Positions 16,830 through 25,026 of a stretch of 29,489 nucleotides of DNA are shown in pieces. Position 1 is the first letter of the stretch; each line of letters opens with the position of its first letter. The stretch is from positions 1 to 29,489 of IMG/VR virus record IMGVR_UViG_3300045988_149075; one strand, given 5' to 3'. This DNA is from a virus. Position numbers and translations under genes: made by a program. A model generated the notes under the pieces. The model saw only the letters and a list, made by a program, of their open reading frames with translations. It searched no databases and was not told the DNA's origin.

Positions 16830-17324
16830 TTAGATCGTAACCTTTACACCTGTACGCGTCTGAATCGCGCTAGCTTTACCTGGTTGCTGTCGGTTCGGTG
16901 CGGTTGCTCCGCCTCCAAACTTCTCTTTCAGGTTGTCAGCTTCTTTGCGCATATCTTCCTCGGTACCAGTACCAAGATATTTCTCAGTGCCAGGCTTGAA
17001 GCCATACTCAGCGGCAATGGTCTTCTGTAGAATTGTCGTCTCTAAATCTTTGTTCTTCGACGTCAAATCGTCAATCTGAGGTTGATATTTTTCCTTAGCG
17101 TCTTTCTCAGCCTTTTCAGTGATAGTGTTCGTAAGTTCGTCACGCACTGATTTTTCTACGTCTTCGCGAATCTTTGCTGATTCGTTCTTGACCCAGCGCT
17201 CGTGGCGTTCTTTGAACATATCGTCTGTGTTGACTTCTGTAAATTCGCCTGCGTCGTTTTTGGTGTAATATGTCACCCTTTTATTCCCTCCGTCAAAAGT
17301 ATACGTGTCCATATTATAATACAT
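16830..17324 (-). CDS. Scaffolding protein
   Basis: 164 aa. Charged, predicted helical/coiled-coil (KERHERWVKNESAKIREDVEKSVRDELTNTITEKAEKDAKEKY). Located between portal and capsid. Confidence 0.6.
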   Translation of the reverse strand: MYYNMDTYTFDGGNKRVTYYTKNDAGEFTEVNTDDMFKERHERWVKNESAKIREDVEKSVRDELTNTITEKAEKDAKEKYQPQIDDLTSKNKDLETTILQKTIAAEYGFKPGTEKYLGTGTEEDMRKEADNLKEKFGGGATAPNRQQPGKASAIQTRTGVKVTI

Positions 17325-17357
17325 ACTTTACAAAATCACAAGCCATAATTATAGTAT

Positions 17358-18617
17358 TTATTTAGTTTTTGAATTGTTCTGTAAATTATCAACGATACTC
17401 GTGATAACTTGATCAATTTCACTACTCGATAATCCTGCATTACGCCAAACCGACCGCTGCATCACGATACCCGGTGCTACCTGCGCCACCTTATTCAAGC
17501 CGTCGCCAAATTTGCTGATATCAGACCGATAAATCGGCAACCATACCGGTAAAACAGCGTCAAGCTTCTGTCGTAAATTATCGTCTATTTTCGTCACGTT
17601 ATTCTTGTGCATCCACAACGTCATTGCGAAGTGCTTCAGCTGATTACCGATTTCTTTCTGCCACTCAATGATCGCTTCGCGCAGGTCATCGCCGACAATC
17701 TCCAGCGATTCAGGCGACTGCGGCGCGTTGCTTGACAGCCCCAAATTATTCAACGACAGCTTCGTATCAGCACAAAAATTACGCGCCGACATCAAAAGCG
17801 AATCGTTAAATGGTGCCATAGCATGCTGCGCAAACTGCGCCACTTGCGGTATCTGACCGTTCTCGTTCGACGTAATTTTTAGGATATCGCCTGTCTGAGA
17901 CTTAATAACGTCAACGTCTGTCTCATTATCGACACCTAGCAGAATATCAACTTTAGTGTTGTAGTGGTACGCTGCAACAATAGCCTGTCGAACTGTACGG
18001 CTAGCGTCAATTAATGCATCGCGAGATGACCGGACCAGCACCGTCCTACCAAACGGCTGGCGTGTCGTCGCCTTGTGCGTCAGCATTGTCATCAATGGGC
18101 GTCCGGTGCGATTATCGTATGAGTTCAGAGTCTCGTTCTCACACACTATAGTTTTGTCACTAAAGAACTGCATATAACTGTCAGGACCATCGATAACGCT
18201 CGGTGTGCTACTGCGGCGGAACACTGCCACGCCAGACTTCAGGTTTTGCGTATACCAATCGTACACGCCTGTCGCCTCCAGCGCAGTAAACGGCATCACC
18301 TTGTCGCCTGCCAGAGCCAAAAAGCCGATACCGCACACCAAAATATCTTCCTTAAGATTATCAAACGCCTCGCGCACCTTATATTCATCCATGATCTCAT
18401 TCAGTCCGATAGTGTCATTTTCAAACCTATCAAACCGCGTTTTGTTTGCGCGCATCTCAACAGCACGCCTACCCCAGCCGACGTGTTGCCTGGCGATTGA
18501 TCGTGCAATTTTACTCGTCTCGTAGTCGCTGTAGCTGAATGTACCCTCATAGAACGGATATTTACCAACCGATTTATTAAGCTGTGAATAAACCCATTTC
18601 CAGTTATCCAGTATCAT
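17358..18617 (-). CDS. Putative portal protein
   Basis: 419 aa, upstream of scaffold and capsid. Called on position and size only. Confidence 0.5.
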   Translation of the reverse strand: MILDNWKWVYSQLNKSVGKYPFYEGTFSYSDYETSKIARSIARQHVGWGRRAVEMRANKTRFDRFENDTIGLNEIMDEYKVREAFDNLKEDILVCGIGFLALAGDKVMPFTALEATGVYDWYTQNLKSGVAVFRRSSTPSVIDGPDSYMQFFSDKTIVCENETLNSYDNRTGRPLMTMLTHKATTRQPFGRTVLVRSSRDALIDASRTVRQAIVAAYHYNTKVDILLGVDNETDVDVIKSQTGDILKITSNENGQIPQVAQFAQHAMAPFNDSLLMSARNFCADTKLSLNNLGLSSNAPQSPESLEIVGDDLREAIIEWQKEIGNQLKHFAMTLWMHKNNVTKIDDNLRQKLDAVLPVWLPIYRSDISKFGDGLNKVAQVAPGIVMQRSVWRNAGLSSSEIDQVITSIVDNLQNNSKTK

Positions 18618-19033
18618 CCCCTAACTCCTCTCAATACACCAATCTGCGACTTACCAGATATCTTACTCAAACCCAGCATCTGTAGTTCGCTTTTCTTAAA
18701 ATATAAGTCGCTAGCAGGATTAGTAAATGTCATGCTTTCAGAGTACGGGCTTGCTGACTGTGACCATTGAGTAGCTGGTGGCGCGTCCGCAGGCGTCAGC
18801 ATGGCACGCTTCACGGCTGACAACACTACAAATCCTACCGAATCAGCAAATACTTCGTTAGTGTCTTTTTCGATGATTTCATCCAGATCAATATTGTTGT
18901 TTTTAGCAATCAGCCGCAACTGAGCAGATGCTGCATGAATAAGCGCCTCAGCCCGCCTTTCCTCGTCAATATCCAAGGCTCGCCATATTTCGGCTAATTT
19001 TTCTTTAGTAGTAAAGTCTTTGAGTTCTGCCAT
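18614..19033 (-). CDS. Putative head-tail connector (gp6-like) protein
   Basis: 139 aa. The N-terminus MAELKDFTTKEKLAEIWRALDIDEERRAEALIHAAS resembles gp6-like connector N-termini. Preceded by late promoter cassette B. Confidence 0.4.
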   Translation of the reverse strand: MAELKDFTTKEKLAEIWRALDIDEERRAEALIHAASAQLRLIAKNNNIDLDEIIEKDTNEVFADSVGFVVLSAVKRAMLTPADAPPATQWSQSASPYSESMTFTNPASDLYFKKSELQMLGLSKISGKSQIGVLRGVRG

Positions 19034-19106
19034 AAAAAATGCGAATAAATAGTTTATTTATCCGCATTTGCCGCAAGCGTGGCGTTGTAATGATTATATT
19101 ATATCA
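19029..19106 (-). promoter_or_regulatory. Late promoter cassette B (exact 78-bp repeat of 13408..13485)
   Basis: Identical sequence including the TGATATAAT, the leader hairpin and the U-tract abutting the ATG. Printed coordinates may be off by one here. Confidence 0.65.
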
Positions 19107-19304
19107 CTTTTTCTTGCTTTTGCCAGCATCTTCAGTTTCGACTTCAGTATCAGATTCAGTATCAGATTCAATTTCGGAGTCTTTATCATCGGAAGCCTCT
19201 ACGGACTCTCCCTCTGGATTCACTACTTCCCAAGCAGATTCAGCAATAATAGTGCCATCCATCACTTCAATTGTTTCGCCAGATTCTTTGTTACGAATAA
19301 TCAT
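19104..19304 (-). CDS. Small highly acidic protein with ESDTESDTEVETED repeats
   Basis: 66 aa. The DNA carries a tandem TCAGTATCAGAT repeat. Its TGA stop is the TG-A of the extended -10 of cassette B. Confidence 0.5.
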   Translation of the reverse strand: MIIRNKESGETIEVMDGTIIAESAWEVVNPEGESVEASDDKDSEIESDTESDTEVETEDAGKSKKK

Positions 19305-19371
19305 TATAATACCCTCCTTTGGTTATTTACTATATTATACCATTTTGTACACATATCTACAACAGAATGTC

Positions 19372-19653
19372 TTAATATATACGCTGTGCAATGCAATATC
19401 TGTCCCACCTAGACGGCGTATTTTCTTTAATCAACGGTACCGTCGTACCAACGACGTGATACGAGTGTCCTTTGTAGTCAAACCACGCGCCATCGACAGT
19501 CTCGCTGCTCGTCTTCGGGATATGAACCATCACCTCAGGCTTAGCTGCGGTCGGCGTACTCGTCTGCGACACCAGGCAATCCTTGATCGTAAAGCTCGAC
19601 AGCGTGCCGTCCTCATTAGGTCTGTTCTTAAATTCAATATCTATGCCGATCAT
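19372..19653 (-). CDS. Putative neck/head-completion protein
   Basis: 93-aa ORF within the gene cluster between terminase and portal. Confidence 0.35.
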   Translation of the reverse strand: MIGIDIEFKNRPNEDGTLSSFTIKDCLVSQTSTPTAAKPEVMVHIPKTSSETVDGAWFDYKGHSYHVVGTTVPLIKENTPSRWDRYCIAQRIY

Positions 19654-19655
19654 AA

Positions 19656-20207
19656 TTATCCTTTCTTAAAATTCTTTAGTACACCATTGCGCGAATTATA
19701 ACCGCTCACCTCAAACACGCAGTCACACTTATGGTGACGCTTGAAATCATCGCTCGTCGGATTAACATATACTCCAGCCTTTTTCTGACACCACGCACAG
19801 TCCGGCTTGCCGACATTAGCGCGCCGTGTCAATGTCGGGTGTTTTTGCATAGACTTTGCATTCGTAAAAGCTTCGTGCTGCGCCGCCGCCAACACCACAT
19901 CACAATACTCTTTCAGCAGCATCGCGGCAGTCTGCCGATTCAGCGCGCTGTTGCGCACGATCTTCACTGCCAGCCGTTCCGCCTGATCAGCCATCTCAGC
20001 ACCATATCCGCTGCTCAGCATTGCCGCCGAGCCAAACACCTCGCTTGATAGTGAATACAGCTTGCTATGCAGCTCGCGTCCAGTCTGCTTCAGTACATCC
20101 GCTACCAACTCTATTTTTTTATCTGGCGAAATACCCTCATGTAAAATAGCCGCTATAGCCTTATTAATATCGCCAACAACATCCAGCGTTATTTCTGAAA
20201 AATCCAC
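19656..20207 (-). CDS. Hypothetical protein with C-terminal Cys/His cluster (PDCAWC...HHKCDC)
   Basis: 183 aa with a putative zinc-ribbon-like C-terminus. Possibly a minor head morphogenesis protein. Confidence 0.4.
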   Translation of the reverse strand: MDFSEITLDVVGDINKAIAAILHEGISPDKKIELVADVLKQTGRELHSKLYSLSSEVFGSAAMLSSGYGAEMADQAERLAVKIVRNSALNRQTAAMLLKEYCDVVLAAAQHEAFTNAKSMQKHPTLTRRANVGKPDCAWCQKKAGVYVNPTSDDFKRHHKCDCVFEVSGYNSRNGVLKNFKKG

Positions 20208-20425
20208 GCTCGTATCCCCTTGATGATATTATCTACGGTAGCTGTAACCTTTTTTGAAAACTCTGGTGTCGGTTCTAAAAACTCAGCGTCATCCATCGCC
20301 TTTAACTCGTCAATTTTCTTACTCGCCCAGGCAACCGACTTGTTGTCGGTGTCCTCCAACACCACACCTTTGCGCAGTGCCAGATCAGCCAAATAGTCAC
20401 GCTGTCCCTCCGTCATAATACCCAT
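20189..20425 (-). CDS. Hypothetical small protein
   Basis: 78-aa ORF overlapping the next ORF by 19 nt. Confidence 0.45.
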   Translation of the reverse strand: MGIMTEGQRDYLADLALRKGVVLEDTDNKSVAWASKKIDELKAMDDAEFLEPTPEFSKKVTATVDNIIKGIRAWIFQK

Positions 20426-20585
20426 ATTATACCATCATCTACCCCTTAAATCAATCACCCACGCACCCGCCAGAAAAACTCGTTTTTTTTCTCGCGTGAA
20501 AATAGCCCCACTCACCGCGCTTGGCGCCTCTGGGACCGGGATATACACCCTCCCCGCCACCATAAAATTATACTATGTCAATATT

Positions 20586-20614
20586 TTTACAAAAGTATCA
20601 TACTATTTTATAAT
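20586..20614 (+). promoter_or_regulatory. Promoter TTTACA-17-TATAAT for the HNH gene (near-leaderless)
   Basis: -35 at 20586..20591, -10 at 20609..20614, with the ATG 6 nt downstream. Confidence 0.55.
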
Positions 20615-20620
20615 AAGTTT

Positions 20621-20944
20621 ATGGCACAGCGCAGGAAGTATGCAACAGCTAAAGATCCACGACGACAGTTCCCAAAACTACGAGAGGATTTGCGCAAAAG
20701 AGTTTATGCTATGCAAGATACTTGTGGTATCTGCGGACGTGAGGTCGACAAGACTTTGCCAGCAGGTAGCCCGATGTCACCAGAGCTAGACGAGATCATA
20801 CCAGTTTCTCGTGGCGGTTCGCCTTATGACATAGATAACCTACAGCTTACTCACAGGATATGCAACAGGCGTAAGGGGGCAAAGATGCCGGGGGATGATT
20901 TGCCAGACGATATCAACCCTACGCCAAATTCAAGAGCTTGGTAG
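20621..20944 (+). CDS. HNH endonuclease
   Basis: 107 aa. Contains CGICG...DEIIPVSRGG...DNLQLTHRICNRRKG, matching HNH motifs including the Cys pairs. Confidence 0.8.
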   Translation: MAQRRKYATAKDPRRQFPKLREDLRKRVYAMQDTCGICGREVDKTLPAGSPMSPELDEIIPVSRGGSPYDIDNLQLTHRICNRRKGAKMPGDDLPDDINPTPNSRAW

Positions 20945-20971
20945 GGCGGGGCTTGTTTTAGCAAAAGGAAA

Positions 20972-20994
20972 AGCGCTCTGACAAACAGAGCGCT
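20972..20994 (-). terminator. Terminator hairpin downstream of the RHH gene
   Basis: AGCGCUCUG-UUUGU-CAGAGCGCU followed by UUUUCCUUUU on the minus strand. Confidence 0.6.
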
Positions 20995-21038
20995 ATATAA
21001 CAACGACTGCTAATCACAACAATCGCACAGCTATGATA

Positions 21039-21266
21039 CTACTTTTTAAGCGACTGCTCAAGCCGGTAGTTTATCTCACCAGTTACGCTACGACCGTTTT
21101 CAGCAGCAAGCACCACAAGCCGTTCATACACTTCCTGCTTAATTCTGACATTATAAACTGGTGTAGGTATCTCAACCTTAGATTTAATAAGCTTTCCATT
21201 CTTTTTTACAATTCGATTTACTATTGGCATAGCCTTTCCTTTCTTTTTAGAGGACCCTAGCGCCAA
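21039..21266 (-). CDS. Ribbon-helix-helix (Arc/CopG-like) DNA-binding protein
   Basis: 75 aa. VYNVRIKQEVYERLVVLAAENGRSVTGEINYRLEQSL fits an Arc-like beta-strand plus two helices. Confidence 0.6.
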   Translation of the reverse strand: MALGSSKKKGKAMPIVNRIVKKNGKLIKSKVEIPTPVYNVRIKQEVYERLVVLAAENGRSVTGEINYRLEQSLKK

Positions 21267-21281
21267 GCGAGGCGTTAAGTT

Positions 21282-21557
21282 TTATATTAGTTGTAAGTCA
21301 TTCTCTATCTGATAAGCGATCGCTTCTTGGTCTAACACCTCTTTTAGTTTATTGAGCGTGTTCATCACCTTTTGACGTTCGTCTGATAGATAGAGTACTG
21401 CTGTTTCTTCTACCTCGCCCCTCCAGCATCCGATGACTGGATAGTCGAGAGTAAAAGCTTCGTGATTAGCGTTTACGGTTGATATTATCTTGTCGACCTC
21501 AAGTTTTTTAGTCTTGTTATTACTGCCGATAAAAGCTTTTATTGTGATTAGTTTCAT
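21282..21557 (-). CDS. Hypothetical protein, first gene of the RHH cassette
   Basis: 91-aa ORF with RBS AGAGGA. Downstream of the TTGCAT-17-TATAAT promoter at 21602..21630. Confidence 0.5.
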   Translation of the reverse strand: MKLITIKAFIGSNNKTKKLEVDKIISTVNANHEAFTLDYPVIGCWRGEVEETAVLYLSDERQKVMNTLNKLKEVLDQEAIAYQIENDLQLI

Positions 21558-21601
21558 TGTTATATCCTCTAATTGTTAATGTGCCTCGCTTGACTGTCTT
21601 A

Positions 21602-21630
21602 ATTATAGCAAAGTTGCTTACATAATGCAA
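21602..21630 (-). promoter_or_regulatory. Sigma-70-type promoter TTGCAT-17-TATAAT (minus strand)
   Basis: -35 at complement of 21625..21630, -10 at complement of 21602..21607. The conserved upstream motif TTTTTTGTTGAACCTGTGGAAAACTC is at 21668..21694. Confidence 0.65.
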
Positions 21631-21692
21631 GCGTTTTACATACATTTTATGGACTTTTTTATAAAAATTTTTTGTTGAACCTGTGGAAAACT

Positions 21693-23183
21693 CTAGGACT
21701 GACCGATATTGCCAAGCACTTGCTGCCAACGATCAGCTCTCATCTTTTTATCCTTAGCAGTAACCTGTTTTTTCGGAAATACCTTTTGCCCCCAAAAAGC
21801 AAACGTTGCAGCGTCGAGCGGCGCGGTCGATAATTTATCAGTCATACTCTCCCAACCAAAGCCACCATATCGACCAAATGACCGCTCTTTTGTTATACGG
21901 ACCGTCTGATTCAATAGCGGTTGGTCGTAGTGAGATAATTCGCCTCTGTCAATAGCATCTCTCATAAACTGATGTGCTGCTACCACCTCTTTCATGGTCG
22001 GCAGGATGATACGCTTTTTAGGAATGCCAGCCTTTGTAAGCTCCTCAAACAATATCGGCGCTCCAGTCGCTCCATCAAGTATAATCACTGCTGCTTGCCT
22101 CCACCGCTCGATCAGCCATTTCGATAAACGATGAAATCCCTCGCTCATCGGGCGGCTCATCACCACCTCGACATGCACACGACCATCTTTTAGTGGCTGC
22201 GCAACTACCAGGGACCACGAGCTTCTGTTTGGAGGGAATTTTACAGAATATACAGGCTTAAAGCCGTCATCAAAGTCAGGTTTCTCAGTAGCAAGTTCAT
22301 CCCAGTCTGTCTGTTTAATCGCTCGCTTATTATCAATACCATCCCACCAACCAAGTCGCATACGATTAAAATCATCTATTGTCATACTATCGGCTTCAGT
22401 TTGTATCACTTTTTCGAGCAAAAATATATTTAGTGAGGGATTAGTGTCTAACCAAGCTTCCTTGTCATGAACATCAGTAATCTTTTCGACACCCCACTCA
22501 GTCCAAACACCAGCAGCGCCTTCTAGCTTGTTCCGTCTATTTCTGGCAAATACCTCACCGACAGTTTCAGCCATTGGTGGCGTTCCGGCGTAGATAATTT
22601 GAGGATTGCCTGTCTTAGCTGATGCAGTCGTTGGCACCAGTGCTGATTGATGTGAATCAAGCATCTCTGCAGCCTCATCACATATTAGATCATCGTTAGT
22701 AGACCCCAAACCACCCATGCGTGTTCTGGTATAGAAATGATACTCAGCGCCATTCAAAAATTCAATAAACTTATAATTCCTTGGCTTTTTACGGAATCTC
22801 GGCGTTAACAAATTGAATATTTCTTGATGTTCATTTTCATAGAAAAAATCTTGCACACGTTTAATAACAACATCAACTGTATTCTGCTGCTGAGCAGTGA
22901 ATAAACCTTTAGCTTTGCGGAAAATAATACCATAGATAATCCGCGCTACAATAATCTCAGTTTTGCCATTTTGGCGAGGCACGCTCAAGCCGCAATCAAG
23001 ATTGACAAAATTACCGTCCTCATCCTCAGCCAGCCAACGGCGCAGTACCAAACGCTGCCATTCAAGCAATGTCATACCATATTCATCGAGTAACTCAAAT
23101 AAAAGCTCGGCTTTTTCAGTATTACCAGGACTATATAAATCAATCCGCGGTATTTGGTTATTTTTTTGCTTTTTTCGCGGCAT
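21693..23183 (-). CDS. terL: Terminase large subunit
   Basis: 496 aa. Walker A PRQNGKTE and Walker B DLICDEAAE are present, with a nuclease-like C-terminal half. Confidence 0.85.
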   Translation of the reverse strand: MPRKKQKNNQIPRIDLYSPGNTEKAELLFELLDEYGMTLLEWQRLVLRRWLAEDEDGNFVNLDCGLSVPRQNGKTEIIVARIIYGIIFRKAKGLFTAQQQNTVDVVIKRVQDFFYENEHQEIFNLLTPRFRKKPRNYKFIEFLNGAEYHFYTRTRMGGLGSTNDDLICDEAAEMLDSHQSALVPTTASAKTGNPQIIYAGTPPMAETVGEVFARNRRNKLEGAAGVWTEWGVEKITDVHDKEAWLDTNPSLNIFLLEKVIQTEADSMTIDDFNRMRLGWWDGIDNKRAIKQTDWDELATEKPDFDDGFKPVYSVKFPPNRSSWSLVVAQPLKDGRVHVEVVMSRPMSEGFHRLSKWLIERWRQAAVIILDGATGAPILFEELTKAGIPKKRIILPTMKEVVAAHQFMRDAIDRGELSHYDQPLLNQTVRITKERSFGRYGGFGWESMTDKLSTAPLDAATFAFWGQKVFPKKQVTAKDKKMRADRWQQVLGNIGQS

Positions 23184-23739
23184 TAGAGGTATCCTTAATC
23201 ACCTTTTTATTTTTCGTCGCTCCTACAGCCTTAGGTGCGGTTTTAGCCTTTTTAGGTGTAGATTTGGCTGGTTTTTTTGCTTTTTTCGCGGCATTAGAGG
23301 GTGCTGCCGCCTTCGCTAGGACCTTTTCCAGGACAGAACCAGATTTTGGACGGCGGGACCGAATATTCTGCAGTTCTTTTCTAAAAATATTGATATTCTG
23401 AGACAACCTCGCCACTTCCTGTTGTGAAATACTTGACGAGGTGAGCTGTTCAACGTTTTGACGGATCAAGCTTTCATAAAACTTCTCGTCATCATCACCG
23501 ATCGCAAGATCCATAATGTCAGTTTCAATCTCTTTGTCGAGCCTGCCCTTATAAAGCTTGTCCATTTTGCCAGGATTATCAAAGATATCAATCCAGCGCA
23601 TAGCAGCCGCATATCCATCGCCAGGAAGTCTAGCTTTTAGTTCTTCTATAGAATCAATCAGTTCAGCGGCAGGTATTTTTCTAAAAAACTCTAACCATTC
23701 ATCATAGCCATAATTTTCAGTGCCTTCCAAATTCATCAC
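23158..23739 (-). CDS. Candidate terminase small subunit / DNA-binding protein with Lys/Ala/Pro-rich histone H1-like C-terminal tail
   Basis: 193 aa, immediately upstream of terL and overlapping it by 26 nt. Tail reads AAKKAKKPAKSTPKKAKTAPKAVGATKNKK...AAKKAKK. An internal 30-bp DNA direct repeat lies at 23161..23190 and 23270..23300. Confidence 0.4.
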   Translation of the reverse strand: MMNLEGTENYGYDEWLEFFRKIPAAELIDSIEELKARLPGDGYAAAMRWIDIFDNPGKMDKLYKGRLDKEIETDIMDLAIGDDDEKFYESLIRQNVEQLTSSSISQQEVARLSQNINIFRKELQNIRSRRPKSGSVLEKVLAKAAAPSNAAKKAKKPAKSTPKKAKTAPKAVGATKNKKVIKDTSNAAKKAKK

Positions 23740-23782
23740 CGCTGCCCTCCAATATAACTTTTATTATTATAACATAAATCAG

Positions 23783-24190
23783 CTATTCCGCCAGCTCTGT
23801 TATAGTCACTTCCACACGAGGATTATTTCTATCAACACCGCCAAAACTTATTATCAGGCGGTTAACTATTCCACAGCAATCATCTTCTAAATAACCAGCA
23901 TCAACTAGCAGGTCGAGTATACTACTTGCCATATTATCGAGATCGTGACGGATTCTGTCCTTATTATAAAAAACCATCATTACTTCTAAGGGACCCTCCC
24001 ATTTCATGTTTCTAAACTTACTAACCTTAGAGAAAAGACATATCTCTTTCATGGCTGCCTCGTGCCAATTGTTAAATTTCTCGCTGTTGGCAATAAATCT
24101 ATTACCAGTGCGTGAATTTTTCAAAATCCGTTTATTATTCTTCTTACTAGGAACCTGACCCACGATATCGAATTTAATCTTCGTCATCAT
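23783..24190 (-). CDS. rusA: RusA-like Holliday junction resolvase
   Basis: 135 aa. N-terminal FDIVGQVPSKKNNKRI and C-terminal RHDLDNMASSILDLLVDAG (DxDN) fit RusA motifs. Confidence 0.6.
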   Translation of the reverse strand: MMTKIKFDIVGQVPSKKNNKRILKNSRTGNRFIANSEKFNNWHEAAMKEICLFSKVSKFRNMKWEGPLEVMMVFYNKDRIRHDLDNMASSILDLLVDAGYLEDDCCGIVNRLIISFGGVDRNNPRVEVTITELAE

Positions 24191-24570
24191 TTCTCCTCCA
24201 AGAGTTCAGGATTTTCGTGGATATTACCGACAACCTCTAGGTTTGTTAGTTCAAAGAGAGGCTCAGTCACACCTGCACATTCGCCTACAAATCCACCATC
24301 AGAAAACTTGACAACCCAATGCTCAATAGGCTCGCCAATGTCGTCTATAAGAATATCACCCTCGTAGATTTCTGTACCGTTCTTGTCTTTTAGCCCTGTG
24401 TATTGCTCGACGATAAACCAAGGGTTCTTTCTGGTGTGTGGTGGACGAAAGAAGTTTTTTACAATATGTTTAGCCACATGTAGTAAGCCAAATCCGTCTA
24501 TACTAACATACTTGCTATCAATGTATTTCTTGATTGTGTTGTCCCAAACTCTAAACTTTATTTCACGCAT
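24187..24570 (-). CDS. YopX-family protein
   Basis: 127 aa. The N-terminus MREIKFRVWD is characteristic of YopX. Confidence 0.6.
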   Translation of the reverse strand: MREIKFRVWDNTIKKYIDSKYVSIDGFGLLHVAKHIVKNFFRPPHTRKNPWFIVEQYTGLKDKNGTEIYEGDILIDDIGEPIEHWVVKFSDGGFVGECAGVTEPLFELTNLEVVGNIHENPELLEEK

Positions 24571-24841
24571 TAGATTTCCTTTCGTTGACTATTGATTGAT
24601 TTTTGATAGCTGGATAGACTCGACGAATAAGTAACCTGCGATATGGTTCCTTGCCGTCTATAGTTAGCTTTATACCGTTAAGTTTTGACTGCCCTAGTAA
24701 TTCAAAAAACATAATCTCACCATTTTTGTCTTCCTGAGTATAAATAGCATTTTCCGATGGAGTTCCGTCTGCTCTTAGAAAAACAAGGTCATCATCTGAA
24801 ATATCTGATATTCTCATATTTCTTTTCCATTTTTGTAGCAT
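24563..24841 (-). CDS. Hypothetical protein
   Basis: 92-aa ORF. Confidence 0.45.
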   Translation of the reverse strand: MLQKWKRNMRISDISDDDLVFLRADGTPSENAIYTQEDKNGEIMFFELLGQSKLNGIKLTIDGKEPYRRLLIRRVYPAIKNQSIVNERKSNA

Positions 24842-25026
24842 TTCGAATAGCCCATTTCACCGCCAACTGTTTTACAGCGAGCTTCAGTGTTCTTGTTTTG
24901 TATCTCTTGCTCGAACGATTGAAATTGCAAAACAATAAGCATGACTAGAGTGGCAATAACTGGTAAAGCCATCACTACGATAATACCTGCTTCAATCCAA
25001 CGAATATTAAACTTCGTTTTTGTCAT
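24814..25026 (-). CDS. Small membrane protein
   Basis: 70 aa with one TM helix (GIIVVMALPVIATLVMLIVL). Confidence 0.45.
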   Translation of the reverse strand: MTKTKFNIRWIEAGIIVVMALPVIATLVMLIVLQFQSFEQEIQNKNTEARCKTVGGEMGYSKCYKNGKEI

